A stretch of DNA of 48,161 bases, the filler included, from Jimgerdemannia flammicorona (lineage: Eukaryota), in assembly GCA_003990765.1 (NCBI GenBank). It is 2 parts of 2 records of this genome, joined end to end, with 100 filler letters (N's around TTAATTAATTAA, not from the genome) between each part and the next. Parts side by side here need not be neighbours in the genome. Positions count along the whole stretch, not along the records: positions 1 to 24,038 come from RBNJ01001028.1; positions 24,139 to 48,161 come from RBNJ01001029.1. One strand, written 5' to 3'. Below are positions 12,930 to 24,919 of this stretch, in pieces. Below the pieces are notes generated by a model that saw only the letters and a list, made by a program, of their open reading frames with translations, ran no database searches and was not told the origin of the DNA. A program made the position numbers and the translations under genes. How positions within the stretch are numbered: position 1 is the first letter of the stretch; each line of letters opens with the position of its first letter.

Positions 12930-14170
12930 CAGCATTGGTGTTGGTTCTTCCTGATTGGTGCTTGATATATAGTCATACTCTTGCATTCTGTAGATCTATC
13001 TAGTATATATTTCTTTAGGGTTCAGAGTATGGAATAGCCAGGCAAGAGTAGAATAGTCTATTTTAATAGTAAAGTATTTCCTGGCTAGGTAGTAGTGGAA
13101 CTTATCTACTGCCCAAACTACTGCTAAGCATTCAAGCTTATATGACTCATAGTTCTGTTCTGCTCTATAGATACCTCAACTTGCATAGGAGATAACATAT
13201 TCATGTCTATCTTTCTTCTGAGCTAGGACTGCTCTAAGTCCTATAGCACTCACATCTGTCTGCAGGATGAATTCTAGGTTCCAATCTGGTCTTCTGAGGA
13301 TAGATACTTGGATCAATCTGATCTTGAGTTCATTAAAGGTTTCTTGGCATTTCTTGGTCCATTTGAATTTAGTTTCCTTCTTCAGTAGCTTGTAGATAGG
13401 TGCTGTAATGTTAGAGTATTCTTTGATGAATCTTCTATAGTAGCTGGCCAGTCCAAGGAAGGCATGGACTTCTGTGGTTGTTCTGGGTCTCAGGTAGATT
13501 ACAATAGCCTCAATTTTTATAGAGTCTGTGTGGATTCCAGTCTGGTTGATGAGATGTCCTAGGTAGGTGATTTCTTGAGCTATAAACTTATATTTCTTGA
13601 GCTTGATGTAGAGGCCATACTCCTTGAGCTTCTTGAGGGCTAGCTATATGTGGTTGACATGTTTCTGTACAGTGTTGCTGAAGATGATTATATCATCAAC
13701 ATAGACAAAGAGCTATTTTCCAATCTTATTACTGAAGACTCTGTTCATTATTTGCTAAAAACTTGCTGGGGCATTACACATTCCAAATGGTATTTGCACA
13801 TAGATATAGATGGTATCAGGTATAATGAAGGCTGATTTCTCACTGGCATCTTAAGTGAGATCAATCTGATGGAAGCCTGAGAACAGATCTAAGGTAGTGT
13901 AGTATTTGGCTTCACTTCCAAGAGTGGTAAGAATTTCTTGAATATTTAGTAAGAACTGCCTATCTTTCTTAGTAATTGTATTGAGCTTCCTGTAGTCAAT
14001 ACAGAGTCTTGGTGCAAACTCTCCAGGCTTGCTTACTTTCTTTGGGGTGAGGACAATGGGTGAAGTCTAGGGACTGATAGCTTGCTTGATGATTCCAGCT
14101 TCTTCCATTTCCTTGAGTTCTGCTTGCAGTCATTCTCTATAGGCAGGTGGTATAGGTCTGGCTTTCTGGT
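12930..14170 (-). pseudogene. Reverse transcriptase and RNase H of element A
   Basis: PRLCIDYRKLN, TLDLFSGFHQI, VYVDDIII (~13700), FILQTDVS, ECLAVVWA and NADALSR motifs. Confidence 0.92.
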
Positions 14171-14384
14171 AGATCAGCTTGGTATTGCCAGTGTCAACTT
14201 TATGATAGTACTTAAGTAGATATCCCTGAAGTCTGTAGCAAGTACTCCTTCATTCTGGTGCAGGATCTTGAGAAGTTGTTCTTCTAGGGAAATGTTTTCT
14301 CCAATAGTATATGTGTGCTTATTCTGGTTCTTGTCTTTCTTGTGCTCAAGTTTGGTGATCTTAGTGGTAGTATAGACTTCTCTT

Positions 14385-14770
14385 CCAGTAGATCCAAAGC
14401 CTTGTTCTCCTCTCTTGGTCTTGATGAGTTTGATGGCTTCAGTGATCTTAGGCTTCTTGATTTCATAGATCAGCATCTGGTCAATCCTGTCATACTTTTG
14501 ACTTCAAATGGGGTGGTGGGGTTGTGATTCCTAACCATGAGGAAGATCTCACCAGTGTAATCAGAGTCAATTACTCCTCCTTCAATTGAGATTTCACTTT
14601 TGGTCAGACTGCTCCTGGTCTTGATAATTCCAGTATAGTTCTCTGGTAACTTGACTCCAATTCCAGTACCAAGTAGAGTAGTGGTCTGTAGTTCAAGGGT
14701 AGCATCTTGAATACTGGCAGGTCTATTCCTATGGCTCCTTCAGTCTTATATTCTGGAATCTTGGCTTCAG
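14385..14770 (-). pseudogene. dUTPase domain within pol of element A
   Basis: RSSL (motif II), GGVIDSDYTGEI (motif III) and RGEQGFGSTG (motif V). Confidence 0.9.
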
Positions 14771-15169
14771 AGTGGAACTTCTTGACCTTGAGGGTGATAT
14801 CTGGTTCTTGTTTCTCCTCATCATCACTGTTAGCTTGAAGCTCTGGGGGCTGGTCATCTTCTTCAGCTTTCCTTTTTGCTTCAGTGGCTTCTTGCTCATA
14901 CTTCTATTGGCAGATTTTCCTGATGTCACTGATACAGGACCAGCAGTCATTCAGGTGTTCAGAGCAGTACATCCTAGTACTATGGGGACATCTTTCTTGA
15001 GGGATATAGCTATCAATGATCTTATTGTACCACTGCTCATCTGTAAGCTTGGGTGTCTTATTTTTATTCTTGTTTACCAAGTATATGAAGACTTCTGTGT
15101 CCTCTTCATCTTCTTCCTCCATGTCTGATAGAACTCCTTTGTAGATATTAATAGAGACTTGTACCTTTC

Positions 15170-16950
15170 TTTCTCTATAGTTGATCTACATCTTCTGGAC
15201 ATTGAGGTCAATGATGGCCTTGGCCTTATGAAGCTATTGATTATCAATGAGGATGTCATAGTTGGTGGCACTTATAACAATCACATCTACTGGGATGGTA
15301 GCTCCTCCTATCTTGATGGGGACTTCTCGGATTTTGCCAAGAGGGGTAGCTTATATATCATCTGCTATAATATAGACCATCTTGGTGGACTCTTCAATGT
15401 CCCAGCCTAGGTGGTCAATTGCCTTCTCACTTATGAGGTATCCTCTAGCATTAGTATCAATGATGGTATCAAAGATATAATCTTCAATCTGATATAGGGT
15501 ATAGGCTGATGTTTTGTACTGATCTTCAGATTCTTCTTGTATATTGTGAGCTTCTACAATCTTATACTCTTAATTCATGGCAGTAGTTACAAGTCCTACT
15601 CTCAACTGCTGTCTGAAGGCAGGGACTTCAGCTAGCTGTCCAAATGTAGCATTGATCTTTTGTTCTTTAAGGTCCTTATAGATATCATACTGATGGATCT
15701 TGGTCTTGTGCAGCTTCTGTTTCTTCTTGCTTTCACTTTTTCCTGAGACTGGAGTAGTGCCTTCAATGATTTGGCAGACAGCTTTATCTAACTCCATGTC
15801 TTGATCAATCTTCTCAGGTTGGGTCTTGCTTTGGATAATGACAGCTGGGGTCTTCTTTGGTCTTCCAACTGGCTTACTGTTGCTCTTCTTATCATAGGGT
15901 TTGGACTGGGTTCTGGTACCTTCAGTAGCAGGGTAGAATTTGAGCTCTTTAGAGTATTCTTCATCATCAGTGTCACCAATCTCCTTGATGACTACTACAT
16001 TGATTTGTTCTCCAGTTCTGCTAGCATTACTTGGTTGGGCTTTGTGTCTTATTTCAGTCATGCAACTCTTTGCATAGTGGCCTTCTTCTCTATATCTAAA
16101 GTATGTGATATTGTATTCTTCTGTAGCAGCTGCAAATCTCTGCGCTGGTCTTCTGTTAGTGCTTCAGACTTCTCTAACAATATCACTAAGGTATATAGTC
16201 ATCTCAATGAACTACTTGGCAAGTTCCTCTACTGGATCAGCTTTGGCTACCTTGGAGATAGATGGGGATGATTGTCTGTTTACAACTGTAGTAGATATAT
16301 TACTAGTTGGCTTTGATATGTAGCTCTATCTTGATGCCAGTTATTTTCTCTATTGAATATTCAGCAGAGTGTCTGGCAGTCCAATATCTCTGTATAAAGA
16401 CCACTTTCTGATCAAGAGTCAGTACAGCTGGGGTAGATCAGATTGCTAGGGCAATTTCAGGGTGAACTTCTTTGAGGAAGGTTGAATCTGCTATTTGTTC
16501 CTTGAGGGTATCATCATAGCCAGCCAAGACAATCTGGTGGCAGATTTGGGTACAGAATGAGTTGAGATCTTCACTGAGTCCCTGGTAGATAGTATTGAGT
16601 TGATCCTTGAGAGCTTGCTTGATCTCTTCAGTATAGTATATTATTCTGAGAAAGGCCTTTATATTGGTAAGTTTATCAGCAATAGTAGCTGTATTGAACT
16701 TATCTCTGGTAGGTCCTCTGAGGCTGACAGGTAGAAGAGCCAATTGTACATCCACACCAAGGGCTCATATGGTGGCAAATTATTCAAAGTCTTCAATGAA
16801 GGTCAGGATTGACTCTTCAGTAGTATATCTATATAATGTGAGAGGACATATTTCTATCTTATCTTGAATTCTTGCAGGGGTAACTCTTGTAGTCTGGGGA
16901 GTTATTGTGGTGGTTGTTTATTTTTCAGCTTGAAAGTGAGGAATTCATCT
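15170..16950 (-). pseudogene. gag and aspartic protease of element A
   Basis: gag homologous to B gag, with a decayed knuckle near 16110-16060. Protease IIDTNARGYLISEKA (decayed DTGA) near 15460, followed by DILIDN. Confidence 0.8.
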
Positions 16951-16957
16951 TGAATCA

Positions 16958-16974
16958 CCAGCCAATGAGCACCA
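16958..16974 (-). promoter_or_regulatory. Primer binding site of element A (TGGTGCTCATTGGCTGG); priming tRNA not identified
   Basis: TGG lies 3 nt downstream of the 5' LTR. A near-identical site occurs in B at 41801-41785. Confidence 0.7.
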
Positions 16975-16977
16975 AGT

Positions 16978-18546
16978 TGTTACATAGTGGTCACTGAGTC
17001 CTTCAAATATATCAGATTCTCTTCAAGATATATATATCTCTTAGACTAACTCAAGTTTATTATAAGCAAGTTCTTATTGAAGTGCCTTTCTAAGGTCTTA
17101 TAGTTCCCAAACTTCTTATCTTTAAACTGTCTTGTTATCTCTTTAGATTTCTTGTAAGGAATTGTATATATTGCACTGAGAGGAACTGACTTTATTTTAG
17201 AGGAAATAAGAGGGATATTTATACAAAATATAATTCAATAGTTGCTAAGATATAAAGCTAAATATAAATTCCAATAACTAAAATAAAATGCCAGGACATG
17301 GAAAACTGCTAAGTTCCAGTATCAGTACTGATGGTTGCATAGGTTCAGGATGCTGATATAATTTTGATAATATAGGAAAATAATACTGGAATAATTCTGA
17401 GTCACATCAGAATGCCAGTAGAGGAACAACTATTATACAGAAAAAGAGTACTGGAATAATTCAGTGTAATCAAGAAACTTAGAGCAGAATGTTCAAGACC
17501 ATAGGGGCTTCATTCTCATTAGAGGTCAGGATGTCTTTGAAGGAGATGAGGTCTGCAAATATTTCATCTATCTTATTGTTATTACATAGGTTGTATGTTT
17601 CACATATATTGTATAGGATAACATCATTGCTGATGACATCATCATATTCAGTGGGGAAATTGGGAGCTCTTCAATCTATGAGGTTCTCTTCTATGAAATA
17701 GGGGACAAATGTAGGGTCTTGGAGAGATCTAACTTGGATGCTTGGGCCTTGGAATACTGAGATCAATTCTTGTAGGAATTGGTCTGGATTGTCCTGGAGG
17801 ATGGGATATCAGAAGTCTTCTACTTTATCACTATTGAGGATGATAGTGAACTGGGCTTCTGTAGTCACCCTGGCTTCTAGTATATTGATACAGCAGACTG
17901 ACAGGTCTCTGAAGTCTGAGACTCTAATATACTCCAAGTTGGGAATCAATCATAGTATATGCCTGAAGATCTGATCGATCTTCTTAGCTGTCCTTGTTTC
18001 ATATATATCTATGGAAGTGATATCTTGTAACTCTTTAGAGCTGGTCTGTGGGAACTCCTGGTAGAGGAGGTTTTCTATTTTGTATTCCTGCCATATTTAG
18101 AGGTATTTAGTAGCAATAGTGATCCTTGTTTCCATTTTATGATAGTAGAGGATAAAGTGATAAAGATCTGCAGTATCCAGGTTGATACTAGGAGTCTTTC
18201 TTGTGTGGGTCCTCATGGCTCTTCTAATATCTTGGAATATTCTTTCTTCAACTGAGGTGCCTTGGTGGTTTCTTGATCTTAAGGTTTAGTGAGTAGCAGG
18301 CATTTCATTTGTGGTAAGTCTTTGAGCTATTTTGGAATTAGTAAGTCTCATTGAGTTGCTACTACTATAGTTCCTTAATCCTTCTTTTATATTTCTCAAG
18401 ATGCCTATACTGTGGTCACAATGACTCACAGTTGGTCATAATTGCTCATCTTGTATACTGTATGATCTTCTTGTGCTCCAATCTGGTGGCTTGCAAGAAA
18501 AGACTGTCTTCTGTGCTGATGTCATCATTCTGGGGTCACTATTACA
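16978..18546 (-). repeat. Element A 5' LTR (1569 bp)
   Basis: Direct repeat of 9759-11321, followed on minus by the PBS. Confidence 0.95.
17479..18303 (-). pseudogene. U3-encoded accessory ORF, 5' LTR copy (274 codons, no frameshift)
   Basis: ATG at 18303 to TAA at 17481-17479 is 825 nt in one frame. Internal stops are all TAA/TGA revertible by a single transition. Confidence 0.85.
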
Positions 18547-18715
18547 AGATATACTAGATTGGTAGCAGTGAAATCAGTCAGTATATCCTAATATTTCATG
18601 AATGACTCATAATTATCTTGCTATTTTGGTGACATCTGTTCCATCTGAATATATTTTTTCTATTGCTGGTGAGATAGTGACTGAACATCAAAACAGCTTG
18701 TATATAAATACAATT
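18547..18715 (+). pseudogene. hAT C-terminal dimerisation domain (continuation after Gypsy A)
   Basis: Removing A plus one AGAT restores YID-ILDW*Q*NQSVYPNIS*MTHNYLAILVTSVPSEYIFSIAGEIVTEHQNSL. Confidence 0.9.
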
Positions 18716-18879
18716 TATACATATATATATTTAGATTCTTAGTGGTCTTCCAATATTTTTCACTTTCAATTACTCTGAATATTATCTAAATATTATCTGA
18801 ATCATTTTTTCAGGGCAGAGTTCAGAGGGTCAGATTCAGGGTCAGGTTCAGGGATTGGGTTTAGATTTGGGTTAAAGGT

Positions 18880-19165
18880 AAATAATAGGTTGGGTGATGT
18901 ATATTTCCAGGTCAGATTAAAGATAAGTTATATTTAATTCTAGGTTAGGTTAAAGACAAGTAATGTATATTTCCAGGTTGGGTTAAAGATAGGTGACATA
19001 TAATTCTGAGTTAGGTTAAAGATGGGTGATGTATAATTCTGGGTCGGGTTAAAGATAGGTAATGTATAATTCCAGGTTGAGTTAAAGATGGGTGATATCT
19101 AATTCTGGGTTGGCTGTTTTACAGGTCAGGTTTCAGGTTAATCAGATTGAGTTTGCAGAGCACTA
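18880..19165 (-). repeat. Right subterminal 33-bp array and terminal inverted repeat of the hAT element
   Basis: About 7 copies of GATGGGTGATGTATAATTCTGGGTCGGGTTAAA-like units. Ends in GAGCACTA. Confidence 0.85.
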
Positions 19166-22100
19166 CTCTCCTCCTCCTCTACCTTTCTGTTGTCTTACCA
19201 GCTTTACTCCAGTAGATACTAGTAGTCTTCTTCAACCTCACTCACCAGATGCCAACTGCAGCCTCCTCCTGTATCCAGTCCTCCATTCTCTGCTAAATAT
19301 CCTCCACTTACTTGTCCCACAAGCTCTTCTCAGCCAACAAAGAGAAATTGAGACACTAATATCTAGGTCTATTCTCACTTCTCTCAAAATATCCCTATCC
19401 CAATAGTTTCCAGTGATCAGATCATGGACACCACTCAGCCTCTAGTGACTTCTAAACATCCAAGCCCCAATAGTCTGCTATTGGTATCTAATTAATTCTT
19501 ATACCCAGACCATTTATCCAGTACATACATATATATTCTTTGATTACTCCAGAACCCCCTGCCAGCATCTACCAGAGCACTCAATCTCTATACTTTCTCT
19601 CATGTCTCCAACCTGCCACTCCTGCCCACAGTCCCCCACCTTTCATCAGTCCTATCTACCACATATTAAAGTCCCCTCCACAAATATCCACTCCAGCCCC
19701 TGCAAGAATCTCACTCTCCAGGAGTCCCTTTATCCAGTCTACTCTCTCATTGTATATAGCAGGGCAGTAATAGGACCCCACCATAACTAGCTTTCATCCT
19801 GGTTGAATCCACTCTCCCCAGACTAGCCTGTTCCCCCAGCTTCTTATATCTTGTATCTCCCCTCTGCCTCTCCATATCAAGATCTCAACCTTTCTCTTCC
19901 AAACTACTACACTTCTCCATTCTGTTGTCCAATTCAGTCTGTCTAAATCATCTTCACATCTAACATTCTGCAGAAGAAAGAGATCAGCCTCCAAGCTCTT
20001 CAACTAAGTAAAAATATTCCAACACCTAACCAAACTCTATTGCCCATTCATATTTAAAAAAAATATATTCATTATACTATTTATAATAAATAATATTAAG
20101 AGTTATACCTACTCTCTACAACTCCACATTCATTCTTTTCTGAGCCAAGTTCAAGTTGTGTTCCCCAGCTACTGCCTCCTCTTCAACTCTTCTTACCTCC
20201 AATCTAATCTGAAGTTCAGTTAATTTACCATCCTTTTTTTCCTCAAAATCTTCATGATACTCCAGGCAGACCTCCTGCCAGAACTGTAATCTATAATGCT
20301 CTATTCAACAGAAGGCAGCTCTCTCACCAGCAGCCACTGCCAGCTCAGCCTCTCTCTCCTTATCAATCTCATATCCTTTCTCTTTCAGGAAAACTGCAAG
20401 TACCTCTGCCTTCAGTACCTCTACCACTCCATCACCACACAGGACCTATGCCCAATACTCATCACTCATCACTCTCAGGTCCACTTCTCCCAACTCCTCA
20501 GCAAAGTTATTTATTATCCAGCACATCTATAATAGATTTCCTACCTCCTTCTTCTCTGAAGTTACTGCCCTTCCTTTATCCAATATTGAGATATCTGCCC
20601 CTACACTCACAGTCTCATTCCACTCCTCCTCTAAGACATCTATCAGTTCATCCTCACTAGCCACCACCACCTGTCCCCCCCTTGCCACCTCAGGAACTCC
20701 AAAGTATACTTTCTGGGCACCATACATTGGCACATCCTCTGCTGTCTGGTCTCTTACCACTGGCCCCCATCTGATAAGAGGAGTAGGAGTATCCTCTTAG
20801 ACTTCAAAAGTATCATCCTCATATGAGTCCTTATTTGGTGCCTTCTTGGTCCCCTTCAGACCCACCTCTATATTCTCTTCACTTCTGCTGGCCCAGACAC
20901 TCACTTTGGCTCCTCTAGTATCCTCACTACCACTAGCAGTCCTCTTCACCTCTTTTTCTAGTTTTACCAGCAACTCCCTCTACCTTGGGACCTCTCTCAT
21001 GGCCCCTTATCCACTCAGATTCACTTTCTATCAATAATCTCCAAGTGCATCAACTCTACATATGCCTTCTAAGCCTTCACTCTCTGCACCATATACTACT
21101 CAGCTCCTCTAGCACCTCCAACAGGTCCTCTTCCTCCTTCTCACCCCTCTTCACTCTTATCACCTTGTATATGAAGGCTCTCTACACCATCACTGAAGGC
21201 CAATTATGAGCCTTCCCAGTAGCCTTTCTCTCTGCCAACTGAATCTAGATATCAATATCTCCTGTCTGAAAGGAGGTCTTTTCTCAGATCCTGAATCCTA
21301 TATCAACTATCTCTCTATACTTGACCATGACTTCCTTAACTCTCCTCCTTGTCTCCACAGTAGTTACTATAGGAACCCCTTTTATCAGAAGCTGTACCAT
21401 TCTGGAATCTCACCTCAAGTAGGATACACACCTCCCCAACCATCAACCTAGCCTTCAGTGCATCCTCTAATAACCCAGTCTCCTCAAAACCCACCTCTAC
21501 TCCTTCCAGGCTCCTCAGAAACTTAACAGACACTACACCTTCCATTTGCTTCATGATTAGCCCCAGGACCATTTTTGCCATTACTGCCAATTCCTAGAAG
21601 TACAAGGTAACTACAAACTCTGAGATCGACTTCTTGAGTAATGGGGCTACTGCCAGGCTTGTTATACTATTGATCAGATTACTAGGCCTCATACTCTTCT
21701 CACAACTCAGTCTAACATCAGCAGTCCCATCTAGATTTTTTTCCAGATTGCCTATCATGCTCTCATCAGCAGCCACTCTCTCAGTTACTACACTGTCAGC
21801 CCCCTTACTCTGACCCCCCAGAGGGACTCCTCCCTATAGCTACTGCCCCACATTCATTATCAACTTCTTGCCTCTCCTCAGTCAACCTTCCAGTCTAGTT
21901 ACTGGCTATCTCTCCTTTACCTTATCAGCAAAGCTTGCCCTCCTAATTCTCTGTCCTCTTATACTGCTTCCTCTTCTTCTATATTCACCTGCCAGCAGAC
22001 CTCTCATACTTCTCCCCAAGTCAGGGCCCCTCCCTACATGCTGCCAGTTGAATATACTTGGGCCCCCCTGCTCAGTACATATCTCAGAATACTCATTACT

Positions 22101-22290
22101 CACTATGTTACTAGTATTATTTCTCCAAAAACTGTATTATGAGGATTGTCAGAAGGTTGTGTAACCTGAATATTATCAGAAAAAGATGGAAAATTCAGAA
22201 TACCCCTATCATATCTACTAAACAAAAGCCATTCAAGATAATATTTGTTAAGAAACCCAGAACTATTCCTTAAAGATATTCTCAAAAGAC
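19166..22290 (-). mobile_element. 5' part of degenerate L1/Tx1-like LINE (5' UTR, ORF1, APE endonuclease)
   Basis: ORF1 blocks APLLKKSISEFVVT and VSVKFLRSLEGVEVGFEE match the + copy. GGDFN near 19678 and DLFLLQN (decayed LQE) near 19980. Confidence 0.8.
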
Positions 22291-22319
22291 AGAACAATTA
22301 TATAATTAAGCCGGAGTAT

Positions 22320-24038
22320 AGATAATTAAGAACCAGAAAAAACAAAAGAAGTACTATAATCAGAAATAGAAAGATCAGAAGATTAAGATTGAAGATCAAG
22401 TACTAGTTTATAGGAGTATGACCAAACAAACACATGGTCGTCCTTTCACCAGTAACATTCGGGTGACACAAGACTCAGACAACACTTTTTACAATGTTTT
22501 TGGTGTCCAACGACTAACAACATGGATGGCAACAATCGATCTGGTGAGCGTACTGGCCAGGGGAGTGATGGCGCCTTTGGCTGGCAGTAGGTGGGGAGGA
22601 GGGGAGATGGTTTGGGGATGCCAGGGGCCTCGATGGCTAGCCGTGGCCCCAGCGGCGGAGGGAGGGGTGGTCTGCGACAGAGAGGAGGGGAGAGGACGAC
22701 CTTTGCTGACAAGGTCAGGATGAGAAAGATGGCTTCTGGGCTGGATAGTTGGCTGGGCCTGGGGAAGGCGCCGATGGCTACTACTGGGGGTCAGGGAGGT
22801 GCACCCCTGAGTACTTCTGGTAATAGGGAAGGGGCCAGAGTAGGGGCTGGAGATGTGATGGTTGATGGGGCTGTGACTGGGGATCTGGCAAAAAATCTAG
22901 ATGTGTTGGCGGTTGGCAATTCAGGCCTTGGAGGGGGTACGAGGCCCGGGGACCTGGCGGATGGGGTGACGGGCATGGTGTCGGCCCCATTACTCAAGAA
23001 GTCGAGGTCTGAATTCGTGGTCACGATGTGCTTCCGAGGCTTGGCAGTGACGGCGAGGATGATTTTGGGGCTGGTGGCACAGGAGGCTAAGGGAGCGGTA
23101 TCGGTGAAGTTCTTGAGAGAAAAGGAAGGGGTCGAGGTAGGGTTTGAGGAGGAAGATGCCTTGTTGGCAGCCATGGAGAAGGGGGTGATGGTTGGCGGGG
23201 TTGTGGTCCCTATGGCCTGGTGTATGTGCTGGGACCCCTGGGTGGTGCAGTTGACGGTATTGGACCTTCCCACGGTGTCGAAGGAAAGGACCAGGGAGTT
23301 GGTGTTGGAGGTGATCAAGAAGTATGGTGAGATTGTGGATGTTGGGTTCAAGGTCTGGGAGGGCACGGAGCTTAGAACTGAAGACGTTGATGTCAGGGTG
23401 AGACTGGCTAGAAAGGAGAATATGGAGAAGTCGAGGGACTGGCCGGCGGTGCTGAGATGGGGACCGGTGGAGTGTAAGGTCACTAGGGTAAAGGGGACTC
23501 AGGAGGAGGAGGAGGACCTGTTGGAGGCTCTGGAGGACCTGGAAGGGGCAGTTGTGAGGAGGAGATTAGCCTGGAAGGAGTTTGAGGCGTACAAAGACAA
23601 AGGAAGGAGGGAGGACTGGAAGAACTGGAGGCCGATCATGCTTTTGGATATGGACAGGAAGATAGTGACTAAGGTGATTGTCGCTAGGCTGCAGAAGGTT
23701 GCCCAATAGGTGCTGGGGGAGGAGCAGAGGGGCTTTGTTGGGGGTAGGCTAATAAGGGATGGGACTGCTTGGGTCCATGGTGTCATTGAAGGGGCCCGGG
23801 CCTGTGGACTGGATGGGAGGCTGGTCTTTCTGGACCAGGAGAAGGCCTACGACCGGGTTCGGTGGGTGTGGCTGGGGAAGGTGTTGGACCGCATTGGAGT
23901 CCCATCGACGTTTAGGGCCTCTATGTTGAGTCTGCTGGAAAGTAGTCGGGCCGCGCTGACGTGTAATGGTCACCGCGGGAGGGCGTTTCCCTTGGGAAGA
24001 GGGGTACCTCAGGGGGACCCTCTATCCCCTATTCTCTA
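22320..24038 (+). mobile_element. Younger LINE copy of the same family: 5' UTR, ORF1 joined in frame to RT, cut by the gap
   Basis: ORF1 from ATG 22522 with TAG at 22588. RT motifs KNWRPIMLL, QRGFVGGR, LDQEKAYDRV and GVPQGDPLSP. CpGs are retained. Confidence 0.9.
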
Positions 24039-24138
24039 NNNNNNNNNNNNNNNNNNNNNNNNNNNNNNNNNNNNNNNNNNNNTTAATTAATTAANNNNNN
24101 NNNNNNNNNNNNNNNNNNNNNNNNNNNNNNNNNNNNNN
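24039..24138. other. Assembly gap with linker: N44-TTAATTAATTAA-N44
   Basis: Exactly 100 bp and symmetric. The 12-mer gives stops in all six frames. Confidence 0.97.
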
Positions 24139-24850
24139 TTTATAGTCACTCAGACTTCTATTTATTACCACCCAATCTATAAATAATACTACATACATAC
24201 CCACAACCCCTCAGCTGATGCCCTTGGATCCTCCTCCCCACTCTCTATCACTCCCCACCAAAGTACAACCCAGCCACCCACTACCTGAACCCTCTCTCCA
24301 CTCTTCTTACAAATATAATTTACCAGATTCTGATGGCCCCCCTCTACCTGGTCTCCACTCTCTCTACCAACCATTCAAAATGTCAAGTAATAATCATTTC
24401 CAATATGCTACCCTAGCTCCAAATGCAACCTGCTGGCCCTCCTTAAAGACATGAAGCCAATGACTGGCCATCCCTATCCAAATTGCCAGGACTCATCTCA
24501 AGGTCAACCATTCATCCCCCACCCCACTCACTAACCTTCACCAGAGGTCCCCCCATCTCCCTCCTTCCTCTCTCACCAGGGGCCTCAATCTCAATCTGCT
24601 AGAAATACTATGCCAACTCCCCCAAAACTTCACACTCCCCTAGCCAATATTTAGGTATTTGTACCACTCCCCTCTCCTGATCAATGTCCATATATTCCTT
24701 ATACTCAAACATGCTGTCTACCACCAAGTACTCAGACCAATAGTTCAGTATCATATTCCACCTTAAGAACCTCCACCAGACCATCCAGAACTTGAAAGAA
24801 AGCCATTACATCACCCACTTACTCTAAGGTCAAATACCATTCCAGTTTCA
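24139..24850 (-). mobile_element. 3' end of LINE, same family as 1-860
   Basis: AATAAA on minus at 24166-24161. WLGECEV motif. Colinear with 1-720. Confidence 0.7.
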
Positions 24851-24919
24851 CAAAAGAATACTATCTATATATACTTAAAATATAAGAAAATATTGTAAAA
24901 ATAAAGAGATCTCAAAGAG

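Larger units (their letters stand above)
9759..18546 (-). mobile_element. Full-length degenerate Ty3/Gypsy LTR retrotransposon A encoding dUTPase
   Basis: Two matching LTRs with TG..CA-type ends. AGAT TSD at 9755-9758 and 18547-18550. PBS, PPT and gag-PR-dUT-RT-RH-IN order all visible. Confidence 0.95.
4540..19165 (+). mobile_element. hAT-superfamily DNA transposon, left terminus missing, interrupted by Gypsy A
   Basis: Inverted arrays of 33-bp subterminal repeats at both ends. Right end is ...GCAGAGCACTA (TIR TAGTGCTCTGC). Contains a hAT transposase pseudogene. Confidence 0.8.

Noticed and set aside
17479..18303. Calling the LTR ORF an env gene
   Set aside because: No signal peptide, clear TM helix or fusion-peptide pattern is visible, and the ORF lies downstream of the PPT.
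18860..19115. GGGTTA-containing repeats as telomeric sequence
   Set aside because: They are part of the 33-bp hAT unit, not (TTAGGG)n.
22791..23483. 230-aa minus-strand ORF
   Set aside because: Antisense shadow of the GC-rich LINE ORF1.
24083..24094. TTAATTAATTAA palindrome as a biological motif
   Set aside because: It is centred in a 100-bp N gap and is an artificial linker. Adjacency across the gap is also uncertain.
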